From: Candidatus Anderseniibacteriota bacterium
Lineage (GTDB): Bacteria > Patescibacteriota > Andersenbacteria > UBA10190
NCBI GenBank assembly: GCA_021414205.1
Contig: JAIOOW010000003.1
Location: 64,048 to 128,047 of the forward strand
Direction of reading: 5' to 3'
Length of the DNA: 64,000 bases
Position numbers and translations under genes: made by a program. Positions within the stretch are counted from its first letter, which is position 1, and the number at the start of each line of letters is the position of its first letter. Below are positions 23,323 through 34,527 of the stretch, in pieces. The notes beneath the pieces are model-generated. The model had not been told where the DNA came from and did no database searches. It worked only from the letters and a program-made list of their open reading frames with translations.

Positions 23323-23607
23323 GTAACATATAGTAAACAGTATTAGGGTGTTTTTTACAAGAAAAAACAGCCCAATATGAGCCGTTTTCTCTAGCAGTTT
23401 CTCTGCGAAACTTAGCGCGATTGTAAAGGTTTACCGTTTTTTCATACCGCATGTGTTAAAGGGAAGGTATGATTTCCGCTTATTCTCAAATGAATTTTGA
23501 CTCGTTCCTCTAAAAATGTAATGAAACACTGATAGATTACAAGCCTCGACATCTAGGCGCTTTCGTGATGGCCGTAGCCATCGGTTGAAAGGCGTTGTAT
23601 CCCTAGA

Positions 23608-25108
<1,501 letters not shown>

Positions 25109-25124
25109 TATTGACTTAAGAATC

Positions 25125-25150
25125 CGGGGGGATTCTTAAGTAGGCTTATT
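25125..25150 (-). other. perfect 11-bp-stem hairpin in the rRNA leader, 17 nt upstream of the 16S 5' end
   Basis: CTTAAGAATCC-gggg-GGATTCTTAAG. Probable leader or processing structure. Confidence 0.4.
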
Positions 25151-25267
25151 CTTTACAATCGCGCAAAATTGCGCAGATTCATCCATGTCAAATTCCGCAA
25201 TTTGCATGGTCTAGATTGGAAAAGTTCGGTCAATCAATCAAAAAAGACTGATACAGTCGTATAAAGC

Positions 25268-25295
25268 AGTATAGCTGGGTAAAAAGAGATGTCAA
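25268..25295 (-). promoter_or_regulatory. candidate rRNA operon promoter (TTGACA, 16 nt, TATACT on minus strand)
   Basis: Reverse complement reads gTTGACAtctctttttacccagcTATACTgc. It abuts the stop codon of the upstream DUF212 gene. Confidence 0.4.
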
Positions 25296-25757
25296 CTATT
25301 TTAAGACCAATAGCAGTACTATTGTAAGTACTACCCCAATAAGTGCCCCTACAATGGCTTCAATGGGCTTATGCCCGAGCTGTTTTTCCAGAGGAGGAAA
25401 CGCTTGCTGCTCCTCTTTCGGAAGCAGTGAAATAAGCCGTACTAGCGCTTGTCCGTGACGGCCCAAAAAGATCCTCATTCGGAGGGCGTCGTCGAGGATA
25501 ATAATGGCAAGGACCACTGCAACGGCAAATACGGGGCTTGTGATGCCGGCTGTATACCCTACGAGAGTAACCATGGAAAAAGCGAATGCGCTGTGGGCTG
25601 ATGGCATGCCTCCGTAGTGAGGAAGGTGGCGAACGGAGTCATTCATTTCAGATTTCCAAGAACGATTAAAAAATCGTTTAGAGAACTGGGTAGCGAGGCC
25701 AACGAGGAGCGGAATGAGGAAATAGGGAGTTGTCATAGGGTGGTGTTTTTTCTCCAC
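25296..25757 (-). CDS. divergent PAP2 / DUF212 (acid-phosphatase/vanadium-haloperoxidase-related) membrane protein
   Basis: GGMPSAHSAFAFSMV signature. Confidence 0.75.
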   Translation of the reverse strand: MEKKHHPMTTPYFLIPLLVGLATQFSKRFFNRSWKSEMNDSVRHLPHYGGMPSAHSAFAFSMVTLVGYTAGITSPVFAVAVVLAIIILDDALRMRIFLGRHGQALVRLISLLPKEEQQAFPPLEKQLGHKPIEAIVGALIGVVLTIVLLLVLK

Positions 25758-26395
25758 GCCGCAATATCGGCGTGATTCCCTGATAGTAATACATCTGGGA
25801 CTTTCCAGGAATTGTACAGTTCCGGCTTTGTATATTGAGGAGCTTCTATAACACCCTCGGTACTATGCGATTCTTCCGCAAGAGATGCAGGATTACCAAG
25901 TACGCCAGGCAATAATCGGGCAACTGCTTCCGTAATAATAAGCGCTCCAAGCTCTCCGCCCGCAAGGACATATGGCCCTACGGACAATTCTCCATCTGCC
26001 AAATAATCTGCAACGCGCTGGTCGATGCCCTCGTATCTGCCACAAATAAGGATGAGGTGATCGAGGCGAGAATATTCAGTAGCTTTTTGTTGCGTGAATT
26101 GCTGGCCCCGTGCGGACAATACAAAAATTTTTCGTGAACTACTTTTGTGCTCAGATTCAATAGCCATCAGCGCTTTATGGATCGGCTCAATCTTCATGAC
26201 CATGCCAGCGCCTCCTCCATAAGGGGTATCGTCTACGGTTTTGTGCATGTCTTCAGTAAAATCTCGAATATTCCAGATATGAAAATCAATATGGTTTTCC
26301 TTTACTGCACGGCCCAAAATACTGGTACTTGCGTACGGCTGAAACACTTCCGGAAATAGAGTGAGAATATCTACTCGCATATGGCTAGTATACAC
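25733..26395 (-). CDS. trmD: tRNA (guanine37-N1)-methyltransferase
   Basis: MRVDILTLFPEVF N-terminus, GGELGALII motif, 220 aa. Confidence 0.9.
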   Translation of the reverse strand: MYTSHMRVDILTLFPEVFQPYASTSILGRAVKENHIDFHIWNIRDFTEDMHKTVDDTPYGGGAGMVMKIEPIHKALMAIESEHKSSSRKIFVLSARGQQFTQQKATEYSRLDHLILICGRYEGIDQRVADYLADGELSVGPYVLAGGELGALIITEAVARLLPGVLGNPASLAEESHSTEGVIEAPQYTKPELYNSWKVPDVLLSGNHADIAAWRKNTTL

Positions 26396-26440
26396 GAAAC
26401 CCGCCTGGATGGCGGGTTTGGAGTGACTTTTTTATATTGA

Positions 26441-26839
26441 TTACAAGTCTAAATCGTCGATTGCTTGTTCAACTGACTGCGCAGGCATTTCAGCTGCTGG
26501 GGCTTCAGAAGCCATTTCCGGAGCTGCCCCTTCCATTGCTGGGCGAGTTGGTCGGCTGGATCCTTCTGGTTCGTTGATCTTCAAGTTAACTCGAGCGTTG
26601 TTTCGAGCTCCGATCACGCGAAGAAGCGTTCGAATAGACTTTGCTGTAGCGCCTTGTCGCCCGATAATTTGTCCCATATCTTCTGGGTTTACATTCAGGG
26701 TGATAAGTACACCCATTTCATCAATCGTTCGGTCAAGCTTTACATCATCTGGGTGGTCTACAATAGATTTAACTACGTATTCCACAAACTCTACATCATG
26801 AGACTGTCGATCGTTTTCCATAGGAATTGTTATGAACAC
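26441..26839 (-). CDS. KH-domain RNA-binding protein (YlqC/UPF0109-like)
   Basis: GQIIGRQGATAKSIRTLL KH core. Sits between rpsP and trmD as in the conserved operon. A/E/P-rich acidic tail. Confidence 0.7.
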   Translation of the reverse strand: MFITIPMENDRQSHDVEFVEYVVKSIVDHPDDVKLDRTIDEMGVLITLNVNPEDMGQIIGRQGATAKSIRTLLRVIGARNNARVNLKINEPEGSSRPTRPAMEGAAPEMASEAPAAEMPAQSVEQAIDDLDL

Positions 26840-26889
26840 ATTACTTATTAATGCTTATATGGTAGCAAAAAGCGACCTATAAGTCAACT

Positions 26890-27192
26890 TTAGCTCGCCG
26901 TTGCTTCTTCTTTTACTTCCTGCTTTGGCTTAGGCGTAAAGAGGGCTTTTTTCTCTCCAGTGATAACTTTATTTGTGATAAGGAGGTTGTATACGGTATC
27001 TGACGGCTGTACTCCCTTGTTCATCCACGCCTTTACCGCATCTGCGTCAACGCTAAATAGGCTAGTATGCGGGTTATACGATCCGATATCTTCGATGAAT
27101 CGCCCTTTGATTGGGGCGTGTCCATCAGCAACAACAACGCGGTATGTGGCATATCCGCGCTTTCCTCGTCGTTGTAATCGAATTCGTAACAT
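26890..27192 (-). CDS. rpsP: 30S ribosomal protein S16 (with C-terminal extension)
   Basis: MLRIRLQRRGKRGYATYRVVVADGHAPIKGRFIEDIGSYNPHT. Start set at the MLRIRL Met; the ORF-track start is 12 codons upstream. Confidence 0.85.
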   Translation of the reverse strand: MLRIRLQRRGKRGYATYRVVVADGHAPIKGRFIEDIGSYNPHTSLFSVDADAVKAWMNKGVQPSDTVYNLLITNKVITGEKKALFTPKPKQEVKEEATAS

Positions 27193-27224
27193 AGGTGTTA
27201 TCCTACAGCGAGCCTCTTTACTCG

Positions 27225-29360
27225 TCAAGCAGGATCTTCTACGTAATCCATGATCTTCACGGAATACACGGTTGAGACCCCGTTTTTGTGCATCGTGACG
27301 CCGTACAGAAGGTCGGATTGAGACATCGTCTCCCTGTTATGGCTAATAACGATGCTTTGGGTGGTGTGGGAGTGTTCTCGGAGTAGTCGAGCAAAGCGAT
27401 GGGAGTTTGCTTCATCAAGTGCTGCATCTACCTCGTCTAATACGATAAATGGGGGGTGTTGAGCGTCGAGGATGGCAAATAAGAGCGCAATAGATGTAAG
27501 GGCTCGCTCTCCTCCCGATAAAAGCGTGATGTGGCGAGCGCGCTTTCCCGGAGGAATAACAGAAATCTCCACTCCCTGGGCGTTCGATTCGAGCGTTGCG
27601 GATCCGCCACCAAATAGGTGGGTAAAGTATTCTGAAAATTTTGCAGTAATCTCTGAAAACTTCTGGTCGAATGTTTTTTGCATTGTTGCCAGTACGTCAT
27701 CAATGCCTTCTTGAATGCGCTGCATCGTTTGCTGTACGTCTTCTAGTTGTATTTGCAGAGCGTCGTGTCGTTCTCTGGTTTCCGTATGCTCTTTTGCAAC
27801 AAGCTCGTCGCGCTCGCCAATAGTTGCGATTTTTGAGGATAATGACCTGAGCTGGCTTTCGCTTGGGTGTTCTTTGTCGGTATATGGCGTATTTTTTATA
27901 AACGTGAGCGTTTCCATTCCGCATTCTCGAGAAATTTCGCGTTCCAATTCTTTGAGTGTCCGTATTTTCTCATCGATGCGAGCATGGGAAGATGCGCCTG
28001 CTCGCTCTGCTAATAATTCTGCCTGGCGAGCATGCTCTGGGTCTGTGTGCGAATGTGCTTGTTGAGATTCTTTTGGAAGAGTGCGTATTTTTTCTTCAAT
28101 GTTCTTGATAGTTGCATCAGAAGGTTTCTCAATAATGGGTAATTTTTGTAAACGCCGAGCTTGTTCTTCTTCTACTGCGGATAATTTTGCAAAAAGAATT
28201 TCCGGAGAATCTTCAGAGGCGTGCTTCGGTGTTGTTTGCAGGCTCGCAGTAATCGAGTGTAATAATCGCTTCGCAACGGGTTTTGGCGGAATAATATCGT
28301 GCATAATCTGATCCAGGAAATCTTTGCAGGCAAGGAGTGTGGCCCGAATATCTTGTGCTGGCATTGATGTGCTCGATGCGGATAGTGCTCCTTCGAGTCG
28401 CTTCTTTTGCGTAGTAATGCGTGCAAGGGATGTTGTAAGTTCCGCTTTTTCTTCCTCGTTCCTCTTCCATTGTTGAAATGTCAGCGCATACGTAGCCCGT
28501 TCGGATGCAAGTTCGTGCATGAGGGCTTCTTTTGGATGTTTGCGGCCAGCGTTTTCTAGGGCATATTGTTCTGCCTGTATTCTTACTTCTCGCGCCTTGG
28601 CAATATCTTGTTCTATCTTGCTATGTTCTGCGTTGTGCCCAGCAAGTTCTTGCGCTCCTGCTTGCCATGCATGGTGATAGTAGGATTTCTGCATTGTCTG
28701 AAATTTCTGAAGATACGTATCTCGCTCGTCATATCTATCCATTTGGCGTTGTAGTAGGCTGAGTCGCGGAGCTAATTCTTCGAGAATAGTTGTGACTTCT
28801 TGCGCATGCGCCTGACTCTTTTTTAATTTCTGTTGAGACTGGGCAATTTTAATTTGCAGGGATTTAATTCCCGTAGCCTCATTAAAAAGCTCCCTTCTGC
28901 CTTCCGGGTTTGCGGTCAGGTACTGATCGATCATGCCTTGCGAGATGACCGTATAGCTTTTCGCCCCAATTCCTGCTTCGGCTAGCATCTGCTGTAAATC
29001 AATTAGCCGAACCGGCTCCTTATTGATTGCATATTCGCTTTCACCATCGGCCGTGAGTGTTCTGGAAACGCTGATTTCTCCTGCATGGATGGGAAATCTA
29101 CCTGATTCATTATCAAACGTAAGAGTGACGCGCGCGTAGGATGCATGCTTTGCAGTACCGGAATACAATACGTCGGCGCGTTCTTTTCCGCGCAGCGCTT
29201 TCATGGATTGTTCTCCGAGTACCCAGCGAATTGCTTCCGCAACGTTTGATTTTCCGCTTCCATTCGGGCCGATAACACCTGTTACTCCCGGTCCAAATGC
29301 GAGGTCGGTAGTATTCGCGAAAGATTTGAAGCCTTGAATGGAAAGAGAGATGAGGCGCAT
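27225..29360 (-). CDS. smc: SMC-family chromosome segregation ATPase (short, 711 aa)
   Basis: N-terminus MRLISLSIQGFKSF...GPNGSGKSNVAEAIRWVLGEQS. C-terminus has LSGGERALTSIALLFAI (ABC signature) and FIVLDEVDAALD (Walker B), with a long coiled-coil middle. Lies in the rnc-smc context. Confidence 0.75.
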   Translation of the reverse strand: MRLISLSIQGFKSFANTTDLAFGPGVTGVIGPNGSGKSNVAEAIRWVLGEQSMKALRGKERADVLYSGTAKHASYARVTLTFDNESGRFPIHAGEISVSRTLTADGESEYAINKEPVRLIDLQQMLAEAGIGAKSYTVISQGMIDQYLTANPEGRRELFNEATGIKSLQIKIAQSQQKLKKSQAHAQEVTTILEELAPRLSLLQRQMDRYDERDTYLQKFQTMQKSYYHHAWQAGAQELAGHNAEHSKIEQDIAKAREVRIQAEQYALENAGRKHPKEALMHELASERATYALTFQQWKRNEEEKAELTTSLARITTQKKRLEGALSASSTSMPAQDIRATLLACKDFLDQIMHDIIPPKPVAKRLLHSITASLQTTPKHASEDSPEILFAKLSAVEEEQARRLQKLPIIEKPSDATIKNIEEKIRTLPKESQQAHSHTDPEHARQAELLAERAGASSHARIDEKIRTLKELEREISRECGMETLTFIKNTPYTDKEHPSESQLRSLSSKIATIGERDELVAKEHTETRERHDALQIQLEDVQQTMQRIQEGIDDVLATMQKTFDQKFSEITAKFSEYFTHLFGGGSATLESNAQGVEISVIPPGKRARHITLLSGGERALTSIALLFAILDAQHPPFIVLDEVDAALDEANSHRFARLLREHSHTTQSIVISHNRETMSQSDLLYGVTMHKNGVSTVYSVKIMDYVEDPA

Positions 29361-29366
29361 CGGGTA

Positions 29367-30074
29367 TTATTTTTCCAGATCTTTTTCGAGAGCGGCAAGC
29401 GCGTTCTTTGCGGCTTCCTGTTGCGCTTCTTGTTTGCTGCTTCCGGAGCCTTCCCCTAATTGCTTGTCGTGCAGAAATACTCCGATGACAAATTCTTTTT
29501 CATGATCTAATCCGGATTCTTTTAATACTTTATATATAGGCGTAACCCTAAATCGATCCTGGGCTAGTTCTTGAAACTTGCTTTTCGTATCTATGTATAA
29601 TCCTTTTTCCACAACTTCTGGCAATTTTTCAATAAAAAACGCGGAGATAACTTTTTTCGCTGCGTCATATCCTTGATCCCTGTAAATTGCGCCGATCACT
29701 GCTTCAACAGCATTGGCTAAAATATATTGGCGTGCTTTTCCAGTATCTTTCTTTTCTCCTCGAGATAGTAATAAATACGGTTCAATGCCCATCTCTAGTG
29801 CAATCTTGGAAAGCATTTCTCCGCGAACGATTGCTGAGCGCAAATTCGTGAGTTCCCCTTCGGGTAATGGATAGTTTTGATATAAGTGGTCCGTCACAAC
29901 TAATTCCAATACAGCATCTCCTAAGAATTCCAGCCGTTCGTTATGATCCAGTTCAAAGTCTGGGTTTTCGTTGAGGTAGGATCTGTGAGTAAGTGCTGTT
30001 AATAGCGTTTTATCATCTGAAAAAGAGACACCCAGCTTTTCCTGGAGATCGGTGAGGTTTGGTAGTTCTTCCAT
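29367..30074 (-). CDS. rnc: ribonuclease III
   Basis: ERLEFLGDAVLELVV signature and a C-terminal dsRBD. Confidence 0.9.
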   Translation of the reverse strand: MEELPNLTDLQEKLGVSFSDDKTLLTALTHRSYLNENPDFELDHNERLEFLGDAVLELVVTDHLYQNYPLPEGELTNLRSAIVRGEMLSKIALEMGIEPYLLLSRGEKKDTGKARQYILANAVEAVIGAIYRDQGYDAAKKVISAFFIEKLPEVVEKGLYIDTKSKFQELAQDRFRVTPIYKVLKESGLDHEKEFVIGVFLHDKQLGEGSGSSKQEAQQEAAKNALAALEKDLEK

Positions 30075-30076
30075 AG

Positions 30077-30514
30077 CTATGCAGGTTTTTGAGATTCTTC
30101 AATGTTTTTATAAATAGTTCCGAGTACTCCGTTTACGAATTTGCCGCTCGATGGCCCTCCGAATGTTTTAGCAAGCTCGATTGCTTCGTTGATCGCAACC
30201 TTTGGTGGTACGTCTGGGGCATTTGCCAGTGTAAGTTCGAATATTCCTATGCGTAATACGTTCCTATCTACGGTTGTAAGCTGATCTAGTGGCCAATCAG
30301 GGGCAGACTTTTCTATAAGAGCGTTAATTTCCGCCATGTTGTCGCGAACTCCGTAGATGAGCGAGAAGATAAAGTCGGTGTCGTCTAATCCGGGGGCAAA
30401 TTCTTCAATATTGTGAGCAGCTATGGGCTTGAGTGTTTCGGGTGTTTGAGCACGCATATCCCATTCAAACAATGTTTGGAGTGCTATTGACCTGCTTAAA
30501 TGACGATTAGCCAT
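30077..30514 (-). CDS. nusB: transcription antitermination factor NusB
   Basis: 145 aa, [15 protein letters not shown]-terminus, typical NusB length. Confidence 0.8.
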   Translation of the reverse strand: MANRHLSRSIALQTLFEWDMRAQTPETLKPIAAHNIEEFAPGLDDTDFIFSLIYGVRDNMAEINALIEKSAPDWPLDQLTTVDRNVLRIGIFELTLANAPDVPPKVAINEAIELAKTFGGPSSGKFVNGVLGTIYKNIEESQKPA

Positions 30515-30566
30515 AGAGTGTACTACATTGTTTATACCCTATTTTATAGGGTGCGACAAGAAAATA

Positions 30567-30800
30567 TTACGCGCCTGTTTTTCGAGCCTTGTCTTTTCGC
30601 TTCTCTTCCATTTTTTCAGCCTTTTTCGTCACTGCAATTACTGTTCGGCCTCGGTATGTTCCGCATGTTGGGCAGGCTTTGTGAGACAAAGCAGGGGATT
30701 TGCATGAAGGGCACAGAGAAAGACCCATGCTTTTTCTGCCATGGTGGCTTCGTCGCATTCCTTTCTTCGAGCTTGGTGTTCGCTTCTTTGGTACTGCCAT
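30567..30800 (-). CDS. rpmF: 50S ribosomal protein L32
   Basis: MAVPKKRTPSSKKGMRRSH plus a CxxC...CxxC zinc ribbon. Confidence 0.8.
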   Translation of the reverse strand: MAVPKKRTPSSKKGMRRSHHGRKSMGLSLCPSCKSPALSHKACPTCGTYRGRTVIAVTKKAEKMEEKRKDKARKTGA

Positions 30801-30817
30801 AGTGTTTCAAGGGTAGA

Positions 30818-31468
30818 TTATACGGAAGATTTTGTCAAAAGTCGTGCTATGGGTGCGTAGCTTCTTCGATGATGGGTCGTGGGGCCATGCATCTGCAGGG
30901 CATCCATATGAGCCTTTGCTCCATACCCTTTATGGGACGCAAAGCCGTACTGCGGGTGTGTGTTATCCAGGTCTTTCATGATCCTATCTCGAGTTACTTT
31001 TGCCAGAATGCTCCCCGCTGCAATTGAATACGAAAGTTGATCACCCTTCACTACTGACAGAGAGAAAATACTCGGATGGACGGTGTCACTTGTACCATCG
31101 ATTAAGAGCATGTCTGGTCGCGTAACCAGGTTTTCGATTGCCCGGCGCATAGCCAAGTGGGATGCATTTCGAATATTAAGGCTGTCTATTTCCTCTACGC
31201 TTGCTTGGCCTATAGCATAGGAATCTGCCAGTTCTTGTATGAAAACGAACGCTTTTTCGCGCTGTTGTTCTGATAGTAATTTACTGTCCCGAATAGGGAT
31301 TTTTTTCTGATGCTCTAAAATCTTTTCTAACGCTGAATCGGAAAACATCACGGCTCCCGCAACAACCGGACCAGCCAGTGCCCCCATCCCGGCCTCGTCT
31401 ATGCCAGCAATATGGGCAACGCCTTGTGACCAGTATTCATGTTCGATAAAAAAAGTTGGAGTCTTCAT
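30818..31468 (-). CDS. rnhB: ribonuclease HII
   Basis: AGIDEAGMGALAGPVVAGAV catalytic motif. Start moved to an internal Met because the ORF-track start overlaps tRNA-Arg. Confidence 0.85.
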   Translation of the reverse strand: MKTPTFFIEHEYWSQGVAHIAGIDEAGMGALAGPVVAGAVMFSDSALEKILEHQKKIPIRDSKLLSEQQREKAFVFIQELADSYAIGQASVEEIDSLNIRNASHLAMRRAIENLVTRPDMLLIDGTSDTVHPSIFSLSVVKGDQLSYSIAAGSILAKVTRDRIMKDLDNTHPQYGFASHKGYGAKAHMDALQMHGPTTHHRRSYAPIARLLTKSSV

Positions 31469-31471
31469 GGG

Positions 31472-31543
31472 TGCCCTCGAAAGGAATCGAACCTCCATCT
31501 CGCCCTTAGGACGGGCTTGCTCTATCCATTGAGCTACAAGGGC
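31472..31543 (-). tRNA. tRNA-Arg (anticodon CCU)
   Basis: Reverse complement GCCCTTGTAGCTCAATGGATAGAGCAAGCCCGTCCTAAGGGCGAGATGGAGGTTCGATTCCTTTCGAGGGCA, anticodon loop GTCCTAA. The stem has one A:G mismatch. Confidence 0.7.
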
Positions 31544-31562
31544 GTGTATCCATCATAAAGAC

Positions 31563-33494
31563 TTGCGCTACCCGCGTCCACACGGCACTATTTCACGCAT
31601 AGCCTTATTTACTATTACGTGTATGAAATTATCTTTAGACAGCAAAAATATTGGAATCGGTATCTTGGTGGTAATCGGACTTTTTTTATTGATCGGCCTA
31701 TTTGCCCGCCCGCTCGATAACAGAAAAGACGTCAGTTTGTCGCAGATTGTAGAAGAGATTGGGAAAAACAATGTATCTAATATTGTTGTGGATCAAAATG
31801 ATATTATCGTCACGCTAAAAGATGATGCATCGAAGAAACTGGTTGCTCAAAAAGAGAGCGATGCATCAGTGACTGATACGTTTAAAAATCTCGGAGTGGC
31901 AGATAGTACGCTTCAGAAGATCGATTTAACGGTGAAAAAGCCTTCTGGGTTTGCTTTTTGGACTGCAACGCTTGCACCGGTAGTATTGCCATTCATCTTA
32001 TTGGCGTTTTTCTTGTGGTTTATGATGCGAAGCGCACAAAACATGGGCAATCGCGCAATGACATTCGGGCAATCGCAAAAAGGACCCGTTGAGCAAGCTG
32101 GTAGGAAAAAAACGACGTTTAAGCAGGTTGCAGGCAACGAAGAGGCGAAGCAGGAATTGGTTGAAATTGTTGAGTTTTTAAAGCATCCGAAGAAGTTTCA
32201 GGAAATCGGAGCTCGTATTCCAAAAGGAGTTCTTCTTATTGGGGCTCCTGGAACTGGGAAAACGCTGATGGCGCGAGCCGTCGCAGGCGAGGCTGGCGTC
32301 CCCTTCTTTAGCATCTCAGGTTCTGAATTCGTGGAAATGTTCGTTGGAGTAGGAGCTTCTCGAGTGCGAGACTTATTCGCGAAAGTGAAAAAGAATGCCC
32401 CTGCTATTTTGTTTATCGATGAAATGGATGCGGTTGGCCGTCATCGAGGAGCGGGCTTGGGTGGTGGACACGATGAGCGCGAGCAAACGTTGAACCAAAT
32501 CCTCGTTGAAATGGACGGATTTGAGCAAACGGATAATGTGATCGTGCTTGCTGCAACCAATCGCCCAGACGTGCTAGATCCAGCTCTGCTTCGCCCGGGA
32601 CGCTTTGATCGTCAGGTAACAATGGAATTGCCGGATATCAAGGAACGCGAAGCTATTTTGAAGATTCATGCAGAAAAAGTTCCTATGGAAGCGGATGTGG
32701 ATTTGAGAAACATTGGAGAACGCACGCCGGGATTTTCTGGCGCTGACTTAGCAAACCTTATTAACGAAGCTGCAATTTTCGCTGCTCGCGAGAACGTAAA
32801 GAAAGTGGCTCAGCGACATATTGAAGAAAGTATCGAAAAAGTTATTCTAGGACCAGAACGACGAAGCAAGGTGTATTCGAAGCAGGAAAAAGAACTTACG
32901 GCGTATCATGAAGCAGGGCACGCAGTTGTGGCGTACTACACTCCGGATTCTGACCCGGTTCGCAAAATCTCTATTATCTCTCGAGGATCTGCGGGCGGAT
33001 ATACGCTTAAGCTCCCCGAGCAAGACAAGCGACTGCACACCAAGACTGGATTCTTAAGCGAACTTGCGACGCTAATGGGTGGGTACACGGCAGAATTGTA
33101 CAAGTATAAAGAGCTTACAACTGGTGCGAGTAACGACTTAATGAAAGCCACTAAATTAGCTCGCAGAATCGTGATGCAGTTTGGAATGTCGAAATTAGGT
33201 CCTGTTACGTTCGGCCAAGAGGATCACCAGGTGTTCTTAGGGAAGGATTTCTCTGAAGGGCGCGATTATTCTGAAAAAACAGCATCGATGATTGATGATG
33301 AAGTATCTGAAATCTTAAAAGATGCGCAAAAGCGCGCTGAGCAAATTATTACGGAGCATGCAGATAAAATTGAGCTCATATCTCAACGCTTAATTGAAAA
33401 AGAAACGATGGGTCAAAAAGAATTCGCCGATCTCATGGGTGGCGCTGATCCAGACGTTGTAAAAGAAGACACTGAAATCAAGCCTGCGATATAA
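31563..33494 (+). CDS. ftsH: ATP-dependent zinc metalloprotease FtsH
   Basis: Walker [12 protein letters not shown] motif, HEAGHA zinc motif. True start may be the Met at about 31623. Confidence 0.95.
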   Translation: MRYPRPHGTISRIALFTITCMKLSLDSKNIGIGILVVIGLFLLIGLFARPLDNRKDVSLSQIVEEIGKNNVSNIVVDQNDIIVTLKDDASKKLVAQKESDASVTDTFKNLGVADSTLQKIDLTVKKPSGFAFWTATLAPVVLPFILLAFFLWFMMRSAQNMGNRAMTFGQSQKGPVEQAGRKKTTFKQVAGNEEAKQELVEIVEFLKHPKKFQEIGARIPKGVLLIGAPGTGKTLMARAVAGEAGVPFFSISGSEFVEMFVGVGASRVRDLFAKVKKNAPAILFIDEMDAVGRHRGAGLGGGHDEREQTLNQILVEMDGFEQTDNVIVLAATNRPDVLDPALLRPGRFDRQVTMELPDIKEREAILKIHAEKVPMEADVDLRNIGERTPGFSGADLANLINEAAIFAARENVKKVAQRHIEESIEKVILGPERRSKVYSKQEKELTAYHEAGHAVVAYYTPDSDPVRKISIISRGSAGGYTLKLPEQDKRLHTKTGFLSELATLMGGYTAELYKYKELTTGASNDLMKATKLARRIVMQFGMSKLGPVTFGQEDHQVFLGKDFSEGRDYSEKTASMIDDEVSEILKDAQKRAEQIITEHADKIELISQRLIEKETMGQKEFADLMGGADPDVVKEDTEIKPAI

Positions 33495-33505
33495 ACGAAA
33501 TACGG

Positions 33506-33577
33506 TGCGCACGAGAAGGATCGAACTTCTGGCCCCCACAATGTCAATGTGATGCTCTACCACTGAGCTACGCGCGC
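33506..33577 (-). tRNA. tRNA-Val (anticodon GAC)
   Basis: Reverse complement GCGCGCGTAGCTCAGTGGTAGAGCATCACATTGACATTGTGGGGGCCAGAAGTTCGATCCTTCTCGTGCGCA, anticodon loop TTGACAT. Confidence 0.8.
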
Positions 33578-33628
33578 GATATTCGGACTATAGCCAAATA
33601 TGCTGTGCTGTGCAATAAATAGTGGTAC

Positions 33629-33701
33629 GGGCCCGTAGCTCAGTGGTTAGAGCGGTACTCTTATAAGGTACATGTCGGAGGTTCGATCCCTCCCGGGCCT
33701 A
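33629..33701 (+). tRNA. tRNA-Ile (anticodon UAU)
   Basis: GGGCCCGTAGCTCAGTGGTTAGAGCGGTACTCTTATAAGGTACATGTCGGAGGTTCGATCCCTCCCGGGCCTA. Anticodon stem GTACT/GGTAC, loop CTTATAA. Confidence 0.7.
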
Positions 33702-33733
33702 CTCGAAGTATTTAAGTCGCGTTCGGATACTTT

Positions 33734-34495
33734 TTAGGTATTATTAGGGATTAAGATTTCTTTGCAAAAGAAATCCCCAAATGGAGTTATGTAAACTTCC
33801 GGCAATTCACGAATTTTTGAGTCTGAGGGCGTAATTCCATATTGAGAGTTTTGATCTGCTTCACGCATAGTCTGAATAATTTTTGTTGCAGGTTCCCTGA
33901 TTACTACAAGTCCATAGTTACCAAGTGCATATAGTTTTGTGAGCCAGGCTCTCTGCTTTTCCTGATCTCGAATTTGATCGATGAATTTTGGTTTATATGG
34001 AATTTGGTTACCAAATCCTTTTTTATACCAAGCTCTGATAGTATCTTCTTGCTTCGCTAGGTCCAGTAAAAGTGTCGCTTCGTCTGTATTAATTTGATCT
34101 AAAACTGTAAGAAATCTTGAATGCCAATCCTCGCGTATTCTAAATTCCGGATCAATAGAATTACCCATAGCATTGAGTATCATTTGTCGTTTTTGTTTTG
34201 AGTTTTCGCGTAAATATTTTTCAATCAAATTCCACACCAGTACCCGCATTGATTCGCTCTCTGATAACATTTTTGTCAGCCTATCGCCATTCTGCTTTAA
34301 ATATTGATCTAATTCTTTTGCTCGATTGCCACTTAAAGCACTGCGAATAGCTATTCCTGTAAATAAGATATTTGCCAAAGCAGTTTGCTGTGTGAGATCA
34401 GGAACCATTACGCCGAGAAATGAAGTAAGTGCTGGTAGCATCTGCTTTGTGATTTCCAGGGCATTTTTCTTATCCCTTTCTGCGCTATTGTTCAT
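33734..34495 (-). CDS. hypothetical protein (alpha-helical, no recognisable domain), last gene of the toxin-antitoxin-linked four-gene cluster
   Basis: 253-aa ORF, AT-rich, 32 nt downstream of the preceding gene. Confidence 0.5.
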   Translation of the reverse strand: MNNSAERDKKNALEITKQMLPALTSFLGVMVPDLTQQTALANILFTGIAIRSALSGNRAKELDQYLKQNGDRLTKMLSESESMRVLVWNLIEKYLRENSKQKRQMILNAMGNSIDPEFRIREDWHSRFLTVLDQINTDEATLLLDLAKQEDTIRAWYKKGFGNQIPYKPKFIDQIRDQEKQRAWLTKLYALGNYGLVVIREPATKIIQTMREADQNSQYGITPSDSKIRELPEVYITPFGDFFCKEILIPNNT

Positions 34496-34527
34496 TTTTC
34501 CTTTGACAAGTTATTACCTAATATTTT

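Noticed and set aside
26398-26432. Hairpin CCCGCC-tggat-GGCGGG between the KH-protein gene and trmD
   Set aside because: Only a weak U-tract on the minus strand. Probably an intra-operon structure rather than a true terminator.
33754-33774. Hairpin GATTTCTTT-gca-AAAGAAATC near the 3' end of the 253-aa gene
   Set aside because: It lies inside the coding sequence and was not annotated as a terminator.
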